Shown here piece after piece: positions 16,511 to 17,225 of a stretch of DNA of 17,225 nt; position 1 is the stretch's first letter; the number at the start of each line of letters is the position of its first letter. Source of the stretch: an uncultured archaeon (GTDB lineage: Archaea; Asgardarchaeota; Lokiarchaeia; Sigyniarchaeales; Promethearchaeaceae); contig CAYRPF010000020.1 in NCBI GenBank assembly GCA_964426185.1, forward strand, positions 16,920-34,144, written 5' to 3'. A program made the translations under genes and the position numbers. The notes beneath the pieces are model-generated. The model did not search any database. It saw only the letters and a list, made by a program, of their open reading frames with translations, and was not told the DNA's origin.

Positions 16511-17225
16511 TCAAGTTATTGAATACTGTACTAAAATACTCTGTGATTTTTTTTGATCTTTCAAATATCTAAAAGGATAAAGAATAGGTCTGGGGTCAAG
16601 AGCGCTCCGTTTGCGAAATCGAATTAAGATGAAAAAAATTGAAAGCCAGAATTCCATACCTCCGAAAAACCACACTTTTTGCCAAAGAAGAAGAAGGAAT
16701 TCCCAGGTAAGAATTACAGAAAGTAAAAACAGGCAGATAATACTTGAATTCCATGCTAAAAAAGGTTGCTCTTCCCAAGTGGCAATGGATGGTCCGAACC
16801 AGTGTAAAAATATCCAGTAAACAGCATCTCCAACTAGACGACCGATAGTAAAAATGGTTAACGATACAAATCCATAGCGTCTGAGCCAAATTGTTCGTTT
16901 CCAAGCTTTTAATCGAATTTCACTAGGTGCTAAATCCAATCTAATTAAAAATAGAGAGAGAAGGAAAGTTTGGCTACCTAAATTAAATACTTGCACGGGA
17001 ATGGGAATATTAGTATCAGCAAATGAAAGAAGAAAATGCCAGTCAATTGCAGCCGCTATACCAAGATATAAAAGCCCGAAAAAAAAGAAGACCGAAGAAA
17101 TTCGAATTAACTGTTTCGCAGTGATCTGCTGGTGCAGTGCATATCCAGATATTACTCCCAAACAACCGAAGCTAAAAGTATGCGCGATTTTGAATCTGCC
17201 ATATATAAATTTTGAAATCAACCAT
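16511..17225 (-). CDS. Multi-pass membrane protein, 5'-truncated at the window edge (DUF418/DUF1624-like C-terminus)
   Basis: About five hydrophobic segments. RRYGFVSLTIF and LWQKVWFFGGMEFW resemble the G..(S/A)LT.Y and W...F..G..EW patterns. The frame stays open past the TTG at 17221 to the window end. Confidence 0.7.
   Translation of the reverse strand, partial: WLISKFIYGRFKIAHTFSFGCLGVISGYALHQQITAKQLIRISSVFFFFGLLYLGIAAAIDWHFLLSFADTNIPIPVQVFNLGSQTFLLSLFLIRLDLAPSEIRLKAWKRTIWLRRYGFVSLTIFTIGRLVGDAVYWIFLHWFGPSIATWEEQPFLAWNSSIICLFLLSVILTWEFLLLLWQKVWFFGGMEFWLSIFFILIRFRKRSALDPRPILYPFRYLKDQKKSQSILVQYSIT

Noticed and set aside
6328-16904. Remaining short ORFs nested in or antisense to AOR-HPS, the gelsolin-like gene, cca, the 805-aa gene, the EF-2 paralogue and the membrane protein
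   Set aside because: All lie within longer, better-supported CDSs and show no independent coding signal.

Overview
AT-rich archaeal window, most likely from an Asgard archaeon (Lokiarchaeia-like). That assignment is inferred from a class I CCA-adding enzyme, a divergent stand-alone EF-2 with an HTG diphthamide loop, and a gelsolin/X-domain-like ORF. Gene order: uvrB-uvrA (+); a convergent minus-strand cluster of a YkgJ-type Cys-rich protein, a tungstopterin aldehyde:ferredoxin oxidoreductase (AOR) fused in frame to 3-hexulose-6-phosphate synthase (HPS), and a MoaD/SAMP ubiquitin-like protein; a perfect 25-bp tandem duplication in the divergent intergenic region; gelsolin-like ORF and cca (+); then an 805-aa Zn-finger/low-complexity protein, an EF-2 paralogue and a truncated membrane protein (all -). 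The most striking item is the AOR-HPS fusion, which suggests direct coupling of formaldehyde release or fixation in the ribulose-monophosphate pathway to ferredoxin-dependent formaldehyde/formate interconversion. All calls come from motif recognition by eye; no searches were run.
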